Below are positions 19,364-29,059 of a DNA stretch of 64,000 nucleotides, one piece after another. The notes below the pieces were generated by a model that saw only the letters and a list, made by a program, of their open reading frames with translations, searched no databases and was not told where the DNA came from. Numbering within the stretch: position 1 is the first letter of the stretch; each line of letters begins with the position of its first letter. Source of the stretch: an uncultured bacterium (GTDB lineage Bacteria; Zhuqueibacterota; QNDG01; DTFT01). The stretch is from assembly GCA_963736115.1 (NCBI GenBank), contig CAVTNR010000012.1, forward strand, positions 382,461-446,460, in the 5' to 3' direction. A program made the position numbers and the translations under genes.

Positions 19364-20656
19364 TCACCGGATCCGGTTCAGGAGGTCGTGAATTGTGCCC
19401 TCGAGGCGGTAATCGCCCATGCCCGTTTGATCGATGAACAGCACCGACCGGTTGAAGGTATAGTACGTCCAGATTTCGTAGGGCTTGGATCCCGATTCAA
19501 ACGGGTGCCTCTCGATTTCCCCCGGGGGGCCCAGGAGAATGTACACCATGCCGCGGTCGGTTTTCCATCCGTCGATGAAGGTCCCGAAATTCTGGTTGGC
19601 GAATTCAACCCGGCGGTAGTATTCCTCCTCCAGCTCGTTCGCTTCCGTGTCCGGTGTCGGGTCCCTCTGCCTCCAGAATTCGCGGAATGCCTCAAGCCTG
19701 TCCTCGCCCTGCTTCTTCTTCATCTTCTTGATCTCGGAGCCCCTGGCGATGTACCGCACCTGTTCGATCATCTGGTCCAGGTCCGCGGCCTGCCCCGGCA
19801 TGTCCCCCCAGTGCACGGTCATCGGCCGGGACCGCTTCACGATCCGTTCTCCGCTTCCCACTTCGATGTCCAGCTTGTACCGCCCGCCCCTCAGGTCGCC
19901 CTTGGCGACGGAAAGCACGCACACGGTCCGGGTTCCGGAAAGGGGCCGGGTCAGCGTGTCGGAACGCACCACCGCGCCCTTGATGTCGGTCAGCCGCATG
20001 CGGATCGGGACGGACGTGATGGACGGCGGGTTGTGGATCTCGAACCAGACGAACAGGGAGTCCATGGTTTCGGAGAGATTGCCGAGCACGCTGGCCACGG
20101 GCGAGGGATTCCCGGCCGAGTCCGCGACAATGCGTTCGGCCAGAATGATGTCGGTTACCGTGAGGTCCCCGGGCCTGCCTTTAGCGGTCTGGACGGGAAT
20201 CTTTTTCACCGAGGCTTTTCTGGAATCCAGGTCCAGAACCGAGAGCATGAGCTCGTACCGTCCGGGCGCGAAGTCGAAGGCGCTCTGGGCCGGAGCGAAG
20301 GCGGTACGGGAGTTGGTGGAATCATAGCCCAGCACCCGGACCTCATAGGAGCGGATCTTCGCTTCCACCTGCTCGCCCTGGGTATTGAACAGAATCGCGG
20401 ACAGTTCGAAGCGGGCGAGGTATCCGCCGCTGTCGCGGATGAACTGCAGTTCGTCATAGGCAATCTTGACAAAGCAGGTGATCCGGCTCTTTCCGCTGTC
20501 CGGCGAGGCCGTGATGGCGGTGTCGAAATGAAAATCCGGAACGTCCTCGTCGCGGGAGAATCGGATTTCGGCCGGCTGGGCCAGGGCCCCGCAGACCGCC
20601 GAGAACAGGAATCCCGCCAGGAGAAGCGGACGGCCGTGACGGATTTGGGAACGCAT
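19364..20656 (-). CDS. GWxTD domain-containing exported protein
   Basis: Signal peptide; FWRQRDPTPDTEANE, EYYRRV, GWKTDRGMVYILLGPP. Confidence 0.88.
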   Translation of the reverse strand: MRSQIRHGRPLLLAGFLFSAVCGALAQPAEIRFSRDEDVPDFHFDTAITASPDSGKSRITCFVKIAYDELQFIRDSGGYLARFELSAILFNTQGEQVEAKIRSYEVRVLGYDSTNSRTAFAPAQSAFDFAPGRYELMLSVLDLDSRKASVKKIPVQTAKGRPGDLTVTDIILAERIVADSAGNPSPVASVLGNLSETMDSLFVWFEIHNPPSITSVPIRMRLTDIKGAVVRSDTLTRPLSGTRTVCVLSVAKGDLRGGRYKLDIEVGSGERIVKRSRPMTVHWGDMPGQAADLDQMIEQVRYIARGSEIKKMKKKQGEDRLEAFREFWRQRDPTPDTEANELEEEYYRRVEFANQNFGTFIDGWKTDRGMVYILLGPPGEIERHPFESGSKPYEIWTYYTFNRSVLFIDQTGMGDYRLEGTIHDLLNRIR

Positions 20657-20765
20657 GGTTCACCTCGCGGATAGGAACTGCATCGCCGCGGACCTTCCCG
20701 GTCCATGGGTCAGGCCGGACGGCCCGCCCGTGACGCGGCTTTCATGTACGACCGGCCGGTTCCGG

Positions 20766-22139
20766 TCAGGAACGCTCCCGGGCCGTCTTCCGAGAGGCCT
20801 GGGAAACAACCGTTCCCGTCAGATCATATGCGGAGGACCCTTCGATCCGGACCGGCACGATGCGGCCCGGGCCGGCTTTCCCGCGGACCCAGACCACGGC
20901 GTCGATTTCCGGAGCGTCCCCCGGGGTCCGGCCGACGCAGAGCCTGCGCCGCCTGTCGGTGCCGTCCACCAAGACCGGGATCACCTTCCCTTCCAGGGAA
21001 CGGTGGTATTCCGCGGACAGAGTTTTCTGGATGCGCATCAGAACGCCCGCCCGGCGCTTCGCAGTCGCGGCCGGTACGGCACGCCGCAACGCCGCGGCCC
21101 GGGTTCCCTCCTCGGGGGAAAAGGCGAAAACACCCATGCGCTCGAACCGGATCTCCCGGACGAACCGGGCCAGCTCTTCGAACCGGCTGTCGGTCTCGCC
21201 CGGGAATCCCGTGATGAAAGCCGTGCGGAGCGTCAGGCCTGGCACAAGCGCCCGGAGCGTCTCGATCAGCCGGATCACGGCGGCCTTCGTCATGCCGCGG
21301 CCCATGGCCTTCAGCACGGGATCCGAAATATGCTGAAGCGGCAGGTCCAGGGTTTTGCAGATTTTCGGTTCGGCCGCCATGGCGTCAATCAGGGCGTCAT
21401 CCACATGCGCCGGGTGACCGTACAGGATCCGAATCCATTCAATTCCCTGGATGCGGACCAGTCTTTTCAGGAGCCGGGCCAGCGAAGCCTTCCCACCCAG
21501 GTCGCGACCGTAGGCGGTGGTGTCCTGGGCGATGAGGATCAGCTCCTTCACGCCCCGGTCCGCCAGAGATTCGGCTTCGCGCACAAGGCCGGCCTGCGGC
21601 CGGCTCCGGTATTTCCCCTTGAACAGGGGAATGGCGCAGAACGAGCAGGCATGATCACAGCCGTCCGCAATCTTGAGATAGGCGGTGTGCGGCGGCGTGG
21701 ACAGGACACGTCCGCATCGTCCGGCTTCGGACCAGCGGTACCGCCCACCGATAATGTAACGCCCGATCGCCTGAAAAGGTTCTACCCCGAAATAGGCGTC
21801 CGCCTCCGGAATTTCCAGAGGCAGGGCGTCCCGGTACCGCTCCGAGAGGCATCCCCACACCACCACGCGCGGCCGGACGGCTCGGGACCGGCCGGCCTTA
21901 TCCCTGAGCCTGACAGCTTCGAGTATCGCCTCGATGGACTCCTGCTTCGCGTCCCGGATGAAACCGCACGTATTGATGCAGATGTCGTCCGCCTCTTCAG
22001 GATCAGCCGTGAGAACGGCCCCGTGCCGCCTCAATTCGCCTGCCAGAACCTCGGAATCCACCTGGTTCTTGGGACAGCCGAGGGTGATGATGGCGACTTT
22101 TTTTTGTTTTTTTTGCACGATACCCGTTAAAAAAATCAT
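20766..22139 (-). CDS. rimO: Ribosomal protein S12 methylthiotransferase
   Basis: LGCPKNQVDSE, NTCGFI, GCDHACSFCAIP, DAPEID, TRAM domain. Confidence 0.92.
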   Translation of the reverse strand: MIFLTGIVQKKQKKVAIITLGCPKNQVDSEVLAGELRRHGAVLTADPEEADDICINTCGFIRDAKQESIEAILEAVRLRDKAGRSRAVRPRVVVWGCLSERYRDALPLEIPEADAYFGVEPFQAIGRYIIGGRYRWSEAGRCGRVLSTPPHTAYLKIADGCDHACSFCAIPLFKGKYRSRPQAGLVREAESLADRGVKELILIAQDTTAYGRDLGGKASLARLLKRLVRIQGIEWIRILYGHPAHVDDALIDAMAAEPKICKTLDLPLQHISDPVLKAMGRGMTKAAVIRLIETLRALVPGLTLRTAFITGFPGETDSRFEELARFVREIRFERMGVFAFSPEEGTRAAALRRAVPAATAKRRAGVLMRIQKTLSAEYHRSLEGKVIPVLVDGTDRRRRLCVGRTPGDAPEIDAVVWVRGKAGPGRIVPVRIEGSSAYDLTGTVVSQASRKTARERS

Positions 22140-22223
22140 ACCCGACTACGGACCGAAAGCCGAGGACCAACGGTCCGAGGTCTGGTGATCCGAGGTCCGT
22201 GTCATCGGATCAACAATTGCGGA

Positions 22224-22307
22224 TTTGGAGTGCGGCGACAGGTTGCCGCTTTCCCGGCGCCGACATGTAGGCGCCGGGGAAAAGCGGTCTCCTTCGACCG
22301 CACTCCA
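22224..22307. repeat. REP-like nested palindrome (TGGAGTGCGG...CCGCACTCCA)
   Basis: Terminal inverted repeat enclosing internal hairpins (ccgcttt/aaagcgg and cccggcgcc/ggcgccggg). Confidence 0.6.
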
Positions 22308-22365
22308 CAGGATCCCATACGGCGAACATGCAATCGCTGATCAGAGATCCCTTTCGGAAAGTTCT

Positions 22366-23283
22366 TCAATCCCCCAGAATCCCCTCGGCGAACGTCTCCG
22401 CGTCAAACGGCTGAAGGTCGTCGATTGCCTCGCCCAGACCCGCCCATCGGATCGGAATGCCGAGGGTCCGCCGGATCGCCAGCACGACCCCGCCCCTGGC
22501 CGTGCCGTCCAGCTTGGTGAGCACAATGCCGGTGACGCCCGCGGCTTCGGTGAACTGCCGCGCCTGGGCCAGCCCGTTCTGCCCGGTGGTGGCGTCCATC
22601 ACCAGCAGGGTCTCGTGCGGAGCGGAAGGCATGCGCTTGGAGAGCACGCGCCGGATTTTCTTCAGCTCCTCCATGAGATTGACTTTGGTCTGCAGGCGCC
22701 CGGCCGTGTCGATCAGAAGCGCGTCCGCGGACTGACGCACCGCGTGGTCCAAGGCATCGAATGCGACGGAGGCGGGGTCCGCGCCCTGCTTCTGCGAAAT
22801 CACCGGAACCCCGGCCCGGCCGGCCCATACCGCGAGCTGTTCGTTCGCCGCGGGCCTGAACGTGTCCGCGGCCGCGATCACTGTTTTTTTTCCGTCGTTG
22901 CTGAAGCGGTGCGCCAATTTCCCGATCGTGGTGGTTTTACCCGTGCCGTTCACGCCGACGACGAGCACCACCCAGGGTTTTTCCCGAAACGCGGTCGGAT
23001 CCGGACCGCATCCCGCCAGAAGGACGCGGATCCGCTCCTTCAGGACGAGGCGCACGGCCTCGGCTTCTGCCCCTCCCTCCGGAATCCGCACGGTCCGGAC
23101 GGCCTCGACCAGGTCGGCCGCTGTTTCTGGGCCCGCGTCCGCTTCGAGGAGCGCGGTCTCCAGGCCCTCCAGAATCGCCCCGCGATTCGGTCCGGCGGCC
23201 GTGAACAGACGGCTGATTCCGTCCCGGAGGGACTTGCCGGCCCTGGACAGACCCGCGGCCCAGCGAATCGAAACCGGGCTCAA
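22366..23283 (-). CDS. ftsY: Signal recognition particle receptor
   Basis: GVNGTGKTTTIGKLA, DTFRPAA, DTAGRL, TKLDGTARGG; probable TTG start overlapping the upstream TGA. Confidence 0.93.
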   Translation of the reverse strand: MSPVSIRWAAGLSRAGKSLRDGISRLFTAAGPNRGAILEGLETALLEADAGPETAADLVEAVRTVRIPEGGAEAEAVRLVLKERIRVLLAGCGPDPTAFREKPWVVLVVGVNGTGKTTTIGKLAHRFSNDGKKTVIAAADTFRPAANEQLAVWAGRAGVPVISQKQGADPASVAFDALDHAVRQSADALLIDTAGRLQTKVNLMEELKKIRRVLSKRMPSAPHETLLVMDATTGQNGLAQARQFTEAAGVTGIVLTKLDGTARGGVVLAIRRTLGIPIRWAGLGEAIDDLQPFDAETFAEGILGD

Positions 23284-23852
23284 GCCGCGTCCGCCTGCCG
23301 GCCCCTCGACGCTGAACGGCTCCGCACCGCGGCGCGGAAGGATTGCCAGTAGACCCAGGTTGAATACAGGGTGAGTCCGATCGCGAGCGCCATCGCCAGG
23401 TTCGCCCACGGCTGCCGGCCGAGAATGAACAGCACCACGCTCACGCCGGTGAAAAACGCCGAATTTTTCCCCGGCCGGTTCGCCTCGAGCACCACGCCTT
23501 TTCTGCGCACCGCCCACAGCCCGAATGCCAGCATGGACAGCTCCCGGACGACAAGAAACGCGAGGTACCAAAGGGGGAAACGGTAAAGCGGGGACAACAC
23601 CATCAGCAGTGCGGCGGACAGCACGTTCACCTTGTCGATGAGCGGGTCCATCATCCGTCCGAGATCCGACGTCTGGTTGAAGCGGCGGGCGACCCATCCG
23701 TCGATAAAATCCGTGGCAATGCCGAGCATGATGAAGACGAGCGCGGCAACGCGCCGTCCCTCCGCCATGAAGAGAAGAATGGGAATCAGCAACAGGAGCC
23801 GCAGGAGGCTCAGGGCGTTCGGAATCGTCCAGATCCGCCTGTTATTTACCAT
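23280..23852 (-). CDS. CDP-alcohol phosphatidyltransferase (PgsA/cardiolipin synthase-like)
   Basis: TIPNALSLLR and DFIDGWVARRFNQTSDLGRMMDPLIDK, matching the DxxDGxxAR...GxxxDxxxD motif. Confidence 0.9.
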   Translation of the reverse strand: MVNNRRIWTIPNALSLLRLLLLIPILLFMAEGRRVAALVFIMLGIATDFIDGWVARRFNQTSDLGRMMDPLIDKVNVLSAALLMVLSPLYRFPLWYLAFLVVRELSMLAFGLWAVRRKGVVLEANRPGKNSAFFTGVSVVLFILGRQPWANLAMALAIGLTLYSTWVYWQSFRAAVRSRSASRGRQADAA

Positions 23853-23860
23853 CGGTTTCC

Positions 23861-25030
23861 TCAGAAATAGGACCGGAACAGCTCGAAGGCCAGCCTGGGA
23901 TGCTTGAACAGCCCGGCCTTGAAAATCGCCTGGGCCGTGCGTTTTTCCTCCGGAATCGCGGACAGGGTCCGCGCCACTCCGTTGAGCTCCTCGTCGGACA
24001 GCCCGTATACGACCTTCTTGATCCGGAAATCCCGTTCGGTGTTCTCCCCCTCGGCCTTCATCCACGCTTTAACGTAGGCCCCCAGCGCCTTTTTCGAAAC
24101 GTCTCCGCGCTGGACGCATTCGGCCGCAGTTTCGCCCGCGAGCCGGCCCGCGATCAGGGCGTTGAGGATGCCGCCGCCCGTGAGGGGGCTGGCCTGATGC
24201 GCGGCGTCTCCGACGAGCATCATGCCGTCGGTAATGATGTCGCCCCGCGGCGGACAGAGTGGGACCCCGCCCGCGACCCAGGTCAGCACCGAAGCGCCCG
24301 GGCACCGCCGTTCGAGAAAATCCTTCAGAAAATCAACGGGCTTCCTGACCCGGCATGCCGCCTCCGGAACGCCGAGACCCACATTCGCGGTCCGTCCGCC
24401 CTTGGGGAACACCCAGGCGTATCCGCCGGGCGCGAGGGCCGATCCGAAATGGAACTCCGCGAGCTCCGGGTCAGGATCAAGGCCCGCGACCGTCGCCTGG
24501 CTGCAGCTCGCGATGAATTCCGGCGGCGTGCGGGTGTCGAGGCCCGCCCACCGGCCGACGGCCGATTCCACGCCGTCCGCTCCGATGACGATTTTTGCCG
24601 CCACGTCAAAGGTGCGGCCGAGATGCTCGACCCGGACGCCGGACACGGCCCCGTTCTGCCGGAGCAGGCCCGTGACGCAGGCCTTGGTGAGGAACACGGC
24701 CCCCGCCTCCGCCGCCATCGCGGCCAGGTCGGCGTCGAACACCTTGCGGTGCAGCACGGTTCCGGTGTCCCCGGGACAGGCGGTCACGACCGTGCCGTCC
24801 GGCGCGACCAATTTCGCGCCCCTTACCTCGCGTGCGATCCACGACGGCCGCACCTGGATCAGGGCGTGCAGGCCTCGGGACGACACGCCCTCGGCGCACC
24901 GGACCGGGAGTCCGATTTCCCTGTCCTTCTCGAACACCATCACCGAGGCCCCGGCCTGAGCCGCGGACCGGGCGGCCCAGGACCCCGCGGGTCCGCCTCC
25001 CACGACAACGACATCCGCGCGGTCTTTCAT
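23861..25030 (-). CDS. Geranylgeranyl reductase family FAD oxidoreductase (archaeal DGGGPL reductase-like)
   Basis: GGGPAG, EIGLPVRCAEG, PGGYAWVFPKG (PxxYxWxFP), LVGDAA, PLTGGGI. Confidence 0.85.
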   Translation of the reverse strand: MKDRADVVVVGGGPAGSWAARSAAQAGASVMVFEKDREIGLPVRCAEGVSSRGLHALIQVRPSWIAREVRGAKLVAPDGTVVTACPGDTGTVLHRKVFDADLAAMAAEAGAVFLTKACVTGLLRQNGAVSGVRVEHLGRTFDVAAKIVIGADGVESAVGRWAGLDTRTPPEFIASCSQATVAGLDPDPELAEFHFGSALAPGGYAWVFPKGGRTANVGLGVPEAACRVRKPVDFLKDFLERRCPGASVLTWVAGGVPLCPPRGDIITDGMMLVGDAAHQASPLTGGGILNALIAGRLAGETAAECVQRGDVSKKALGAYVKAWMKAEGENTERDFRIKKVVYGLSDEELNGVARTLSAIPEEKRTAQAIFKAGLFKHPRLAFELFRSYF

Positions 25031-25221
25031 TCCACCTTCTCCCGGACGGGCACACCCAGCGGGCACATCACGGCGCAGTCGCCGCACCCGACACAAAGGT
25101 CGTCAAGAACGCGTACGGAGGATTCCTTCAGCTCGATCGCCCCGGCCGGGCACACGGCGACGCACACGCCGCAGAAATCGCAGGCGGCGGCCGAAATCCG
25201 ATAACGGACGTTCTGTTTCAA
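25027..25221 (-). CDS. 2x[4Fe-4S] ferredoxin
   Basis: CDFCGVCVAVCP and CVGCGDCAVMCP; stop overlaps the reductase ATG; TTG start with GAGG upstream. Confidence 0.85.
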   Translation of the reverse strand: MKQNVRYRISAAACDFCGVCVAVCPAGAIELKESSVRVLDDLCVGCGDCAVMCPLGVPVREKVE

Positions 25222-25228
25222 TCGGTCC

Positions 25229-26161
25229 TCACGATGCCTTGAAGTTGGGATAATCAAAACCGAACCGCTCCTTGTAATACCACCGGGACAGGAAGAACAC
25301 CGCCGCGATCGGGATCAGCGTCACCGGAAAACGGACGCAGACCGAGGCCGCCAGGGCGAGCACCGAGAACTTGGTGGCCCGCAGGGAATCCGGCAGTTTC
25401 CCGCGCGCCGCCGCAACCGCGAACAGCGGCAGAACCGCCGCGCTTGGAATGAACAGCATCATTTCGTCCGTGACCAGGGCGGTGACCGTGCAGGCCGCTT
25501 CGAAGACCAGGGCCCAGACGGCCGTGTTCCGGATGCCGTACCGGACTCCGAACGTGATCTTGCCGGTTCTGGAATCGCCCTTGATGTCCGGCAGAGTGGT
25601 GTTGCAGTATACGGCCGCGGTGCCGAAGCCGTAAGCGAGCGCCTGGAGTGGAAACGCCTGATCCCCGCCGCCCGACACCCAGCCCATGTCATAGACCAGC
25701 ATCATGCCGCAGGCGTTCACCGCCAATCCCGGAACGGGGAGGTTCTTCCAGTTCGTCGGCGGATAATTGTACAGCACGCCCGTGATGAGAAAAAGGGTGA
25801 GAAATCCGAAACCCAGGAGCAGATCGATCCAGAAGGCGGCGCCGAGAACGGCCGCGGCCAGAATCCCCGCCTGGATATAGGCCGACTTCTCGTCCACCAT
25901 GCCGTTGGCGATCAGAAAGAGCTTCCCGTTCAGCCGGTCGGTCTCCCGGTCCCGGATCTGATTGAGGATGTAGACGCTACCGCCCAGCAGGGTCAGCAGG
26001 ACGAGGACCCATACGGGCGGCACGGGATGGATGAAATCCCCGCTGCCGCGGCCGAAACGTCCGCCGCCCGCAAGCCCGGCGATGAAATAGATCCAGATGG
26101 GAAAGAAGAGAGTCGGCCGGAGCAGGAAGACGCGGTCCAGCAGGGCCATGCCCTTTTTCAT
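25229..26161 (-). CDS. UbiA family prenyltransferase
   Basis: LLRP N-terminus, NQIRDRETDRLN (NxxxDxxxD), second Asp motif PDIKGDSRTGKIT, about 9 TM helices. Confidence 0.85.
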   Translation of the reverse strand: MKKGMALLDRVFLLRPTLFFPIWIYFIAGLAGGGRFGRGSGDFIHPVPPVWVLVLLTLLGGSVYILNQIRDRETDRLNGKLFLIANGMVDEKSAYIQAGILAAAVLGAAFWIDLLLGFGFLTLFLITGVLYNYPPTNWKNLPVPGLAVNACGMMLVYDMGWVSGGGDQAFPLQALAYGFGTAAVYCNTTLPDIKGDSRTGKITFGVRYGIRNTAVWALVFEAACTVTALVTDEMMLFIPSAAVLPLFAVAAARGKLPDSLRATKFSVLALAASVCVRFPVTLIPIAAVFFLSRWYYKERFGFDYPNFKAS

Positions 26162-27606
26162 CGCGCCTCCCCGAGCGGCCCGTCGAAATGGATTTTCTCG
26201 ACGGGGTCGTCGTAGGGGACGGGGTAGTTCCCGTCGAAACAGGCCGTGCAGTAATCGCCCTTTTCGCCCGGCACCGAGGCCAGCATGCCCTCCCTGGAAA
26301 GGTAGCCCAGGGAATCGACATGAAGGAATTCCCGAATCTCCTCCACGGACCGGTTCGATGCGATCAGCTCCTCACGTGTCGGAAAATCCATGCCGTAGTA
26401 GCAGGGATGGAGGATGGGCGGAGAACTGACGCGGATGTGCACTTCGGTCGCGCCCGCCTTGCGGATGAACTGGGTCAGGGTTCTCAGCGTCGTGCCCCGG
26501 ACGATGGAATCCTCGACGACCACGACCCGGCGTCCCTTCAGGACGCCCTCGACGGGGTTGAATTTCACCTTCACCCCGAAATTGCGGATCGACTGCTGGG
26601 GCTGGATGAAGGTGCGGCCGATGTAGTGGTTCCGGATCAGGCCGAGCTCGAACTTGAGTCCGCTCCGGCGGGCGAAACCCAGGGCCGCCGTGTTGCTGGA
26701 GTCGGGCACGGAAATGACGATGTCCGCGTCCACGGGATGCTCCTCCACAAGGCGCTTGCCGAACTTGCGGCGGGTTTTATCAACGCATTCGCCGAAGATG
26801 CGGCTGTCCGGCCGGCTGAAATAGATGAACTCGAAAATGCAGCAGCTTCTGCGTCCGGTCCCTTCAAGCTTCTCCGATCGCATGCCGTACTCGTCAAAGA
26901 CGATCATCTCACCCGGCTCCACGTCGCGCACGTATTCCGCGCCGATGAGATCGAAGGCGCACGTCTCGGATGCCACGGCCCAGGCGCCGCCCTCCAAACG
27001 GCCGAGCGCCAGGGGCCGGAACCCGCTCGGATCGCGGGCGGCGATGAGGCACTCACGCGAAAGCAATACCAGGGAATACGCCCCGCGTACGGCGTTCAGC
27101 GCCTCCTTCACGCGGTCCGTGAAACGGCCGCATCGGGAGCGGGCGATGAGATGCAGGATGATTTCGCTGTCCGTGGACGTCTGGAAAATCGCGCCCTCGG
27201 ACTGAAGCCGCTCGCGGAGGCTCCGGTAATTGACCAGATTGCCGTTGTGCCCGAGCGCGAGCGGGCCTTCCTTGGAATTGACCACAATGGGCTGGATGTT
27301 GATCAGCTGGTCGGAGCCGGTCGTCGAGTAGCGGTTGTGGCCGATGGCCTGGCCGCCCTTGAGGGTTCGGAGTATCTCCGGCGCGTGGAACACGTCGTTG
27401 ACGAGCCCCTGACCGAGGTGCTTGTACAGCCGGATGCCGTCCGAAGAGACGATGCCGCAGCCCTCCTGCCCGCGGTGCTGCAGCGCGTACAGGGACAGGT
27501 AAGCCATTTCGGCCGCTTCGGGGTGGCCGTGAACGCCGATGACGCCGCAGAATTCCCTGGGTTCATCCGGCGCGGATTGGGGGGTCATGCCGTCAGCCTT
27601 CCTCAT
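26158..27606 (-). CDS. purF: Amidophosphoribosyltransferase
   Basis: REFCGV, LQHRGQE, GHNRYST, HNGNL, CIFEFIYFSRPDS, DSIVRGTT, CTACF. Confidence 0.95.
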   Translation of the reverse strand: MRKADGMTPQSAPDEPREFCGVIGVHGHPEAAEMAYLSLYALQHRGQEGCGIVSSDGIRLYKHLGQGLVNDVFHAPEILRTLKGGQAIGHNRYSTTGSDQLINIQPIVVNSKEGPLALGHNGNLVNYRSLRERLQSEGAIFQTSTDSEIILHLIARSRCGRFTDRVKEALNAVRGAYSLVLLSRECLIAARDPSGFRPLALGRLEGGAWAVASETCAFDLIGAEYVRDVEPGEMIVFDEYGMRSEKLEGTGRRSCCIFEFIYFSRPDSRIFGECVDKTRRKFGKRLVEEHPVDADIVISVPDSSNTAALGFARRSGLKFELGLIRNHYIGRTFIQPQQSIRNFGVKVKFNPVEGVLKGRRVVVVEDSIVRGTTLRTLTQFIRKAGATEVHIRVSSPPILHPCYYGMDFPTREELIASNRSVEEIREFLHVDSLGYLSREGMLASVPGEKGDYCTACFDGNYPVPYDDPVEKIHFDGPLGEAR

Positions 27607-28652
27607 GTGATCACGATGGGATTGGAATAGATCCAGCCCCGGTTCTTGCGGAAAATTTCAATCCGGTAGACGCCGGATTCAGAGGCGCGCAGCCGGACGC
27701 TCCGGCCGTACTCCTCTCGCGCGACCCGGCCGTCCCGCAGGAGCCGCATGCGGCCCGGCAGAGGCGCCTCGGCACGGAACAGGACGTTTCCCGAGCGCGC
27801 CAGGCGGCTGCCCATCGGGTGCCGCTTTCCGGCCCGTTCGGCCCAGAACCGGAATCCGCGGCCGTCGCCGAGGGAATGATTGACGATAAACGCCCGGCCG
27901 GCGCCCAGCGACTCGAATACGGCCGCTTCAGCCTCGGCCGGAGTCGGCACATCGGCCGGCCGCAAAGGCTTGGCGGTCAGAATGTGCATCCGGATGGACT
28001 TGAACTGGACCTTGTATGGATACAGGGCGACCGGGAACAGACCCAGGACCTTGTACTCGAATGCGTGCACATCGATGCCGCCCAGGCCCACAACCCGTCG
28101 CTTCCGGTTCAGCCGGTCCCAACGGTCCAACGTGGTCCAGACCGGGAAGCGGATGGACCGCAGAGGATGCCAGATCCGCCAGATGAAATTACGGCGCGTC
28201 ACGCCCTCGAGCCATTCGGACATCTGGTTCCAGATTTCGATGCCGTCGAATCCGTCGACATCCCAGTCGGTCCAGGGATACGGCGGATAGGCGTCGGAGA
28301 AACTGCGCTTTTCCGCCGGGTGGGCGATCACCCCGAATCCGCCCTGGCGGGAGACACGCCGGACGTTCTGCCGGGCCGTCAGCCCGGCCGGTATTTCCCT
28401 GCGGATCCGGAAAGCCAGGTAATGGTTCCGGTCGTTCTCGTCATTGAGCTCGCACCCGGCGAGAACCAGCGTCCGGCCGTGCCAGCCCTCGAGCCCGAGC
28501 CGCCTGGGCGCGAGCGTGTTGTGGTCCGTGAACAGCAGGAAATCGAGCCCCATGTCCCCGGCGATGGCCGCGATCTCGGGAATGGGCAAAGCGCCGTCTG
28601 AAAAGTCGCTGTGCAGATGGACCGCTCCGGCAGCCTCATGCCAGTCATGCAT
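27603..28652 (-). CDS. PHP-family (CehA/McbA-like) metallohydrolase
   Basis: HLHSDFSDG, TDH, IAHP, GIEIWN, DVH, WIYSNPI. Confidence 0.8.
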   Translation of the reverse strand: MHDWHEAAGAVHLHSDFSDGALPIPEIAAIAGDMGLDFLLFTDHNTLAPRRLGLEGWHGRTLVLAGCELNDENDRNHYLAFRIRREIPAGLTARQNVRRVSRQGGFGVIAHPAEKRSFSDAYPPYPWTDWDVDGFDGIEIWNQMSEWLEGVTRRNFIWRIWHPLRSIRFPVWTTLDRWDRLNRKRRVVGLGGIDVHAFEYKVLGLFPVALYPYKVQFKSIRMHILTAKPLRPADVPTPAEAEAAVFESLGAGRAFIVNHSLGDGRGFRFWAERAGKRHPMGSRLARSGNVLFRAEAPLPGRMRLLRDGRVAREEYGRSVRLRASESGVYRIEIFRKNRGWIYSNPIVIT

Positions 28653-28657
28653 CCGCT

Positions 28658-29059
28658 TCACCACCATGAAAGGAGCAGGGCGCCGCATCCGGCGCCCAGC
28701 AGGTTGGCGGCCATGTCCTTCCAGCTGGCATGGCCCCGTCCCGTGCCGCGGTCGAGAATTTCCTTGAGCCCGCCCACCGACACCGTGAAGGCGACGCCCG
28801 CGGCGAGGCTCCGGTTCCGGCTTTCATGGCCTTGAACGTTCATCGTCCGGCTGACCGCGCCGGTGAGGAGGAAGGACGCAGTGAAGTGACGGGCTTTGTC
28901 CGTGCCGAACCAGGAATCGCCGCCGCGGACGATGACGCAGGAATCCGCGGCTGTGGCCCGCGCTTCACCGGCCGCGGCCGTCCCGGACGGAACCGCAAGC
29001 GCGGCCGCGATCAGGACGCAGGCCGCAACGGCCGGTCTAGAGGCCCAGTTCGGCTTCAA
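28658..29059 (-). CDS. YfiM/DUF2279-like membrane/lipoprotein
   Basis: DSWFGTDKARHF, KEILD, SWKDMAAN; start uncertain. Confidence 0.7.
   Translation of the reverse strand: MKPNWASRPAVAACVLIAAALAVPSGTAAAGEARATAADSCVIVRGGDSWFGTDKARHFTASFLLTGAVSRTMNVQGHESRNRSLAAGVAFTVSVGGLKEILDRGTGRGHASWKDMAANLLGAGCGALLLSWW

Noticed and set aside
23284-23697. Long N-terminal extension of ftsY
   Set aside because: Overlaps the CDP-alcohol transferase in another frame; a TTG at 23283 coupled to the upstream stop is more plausible.
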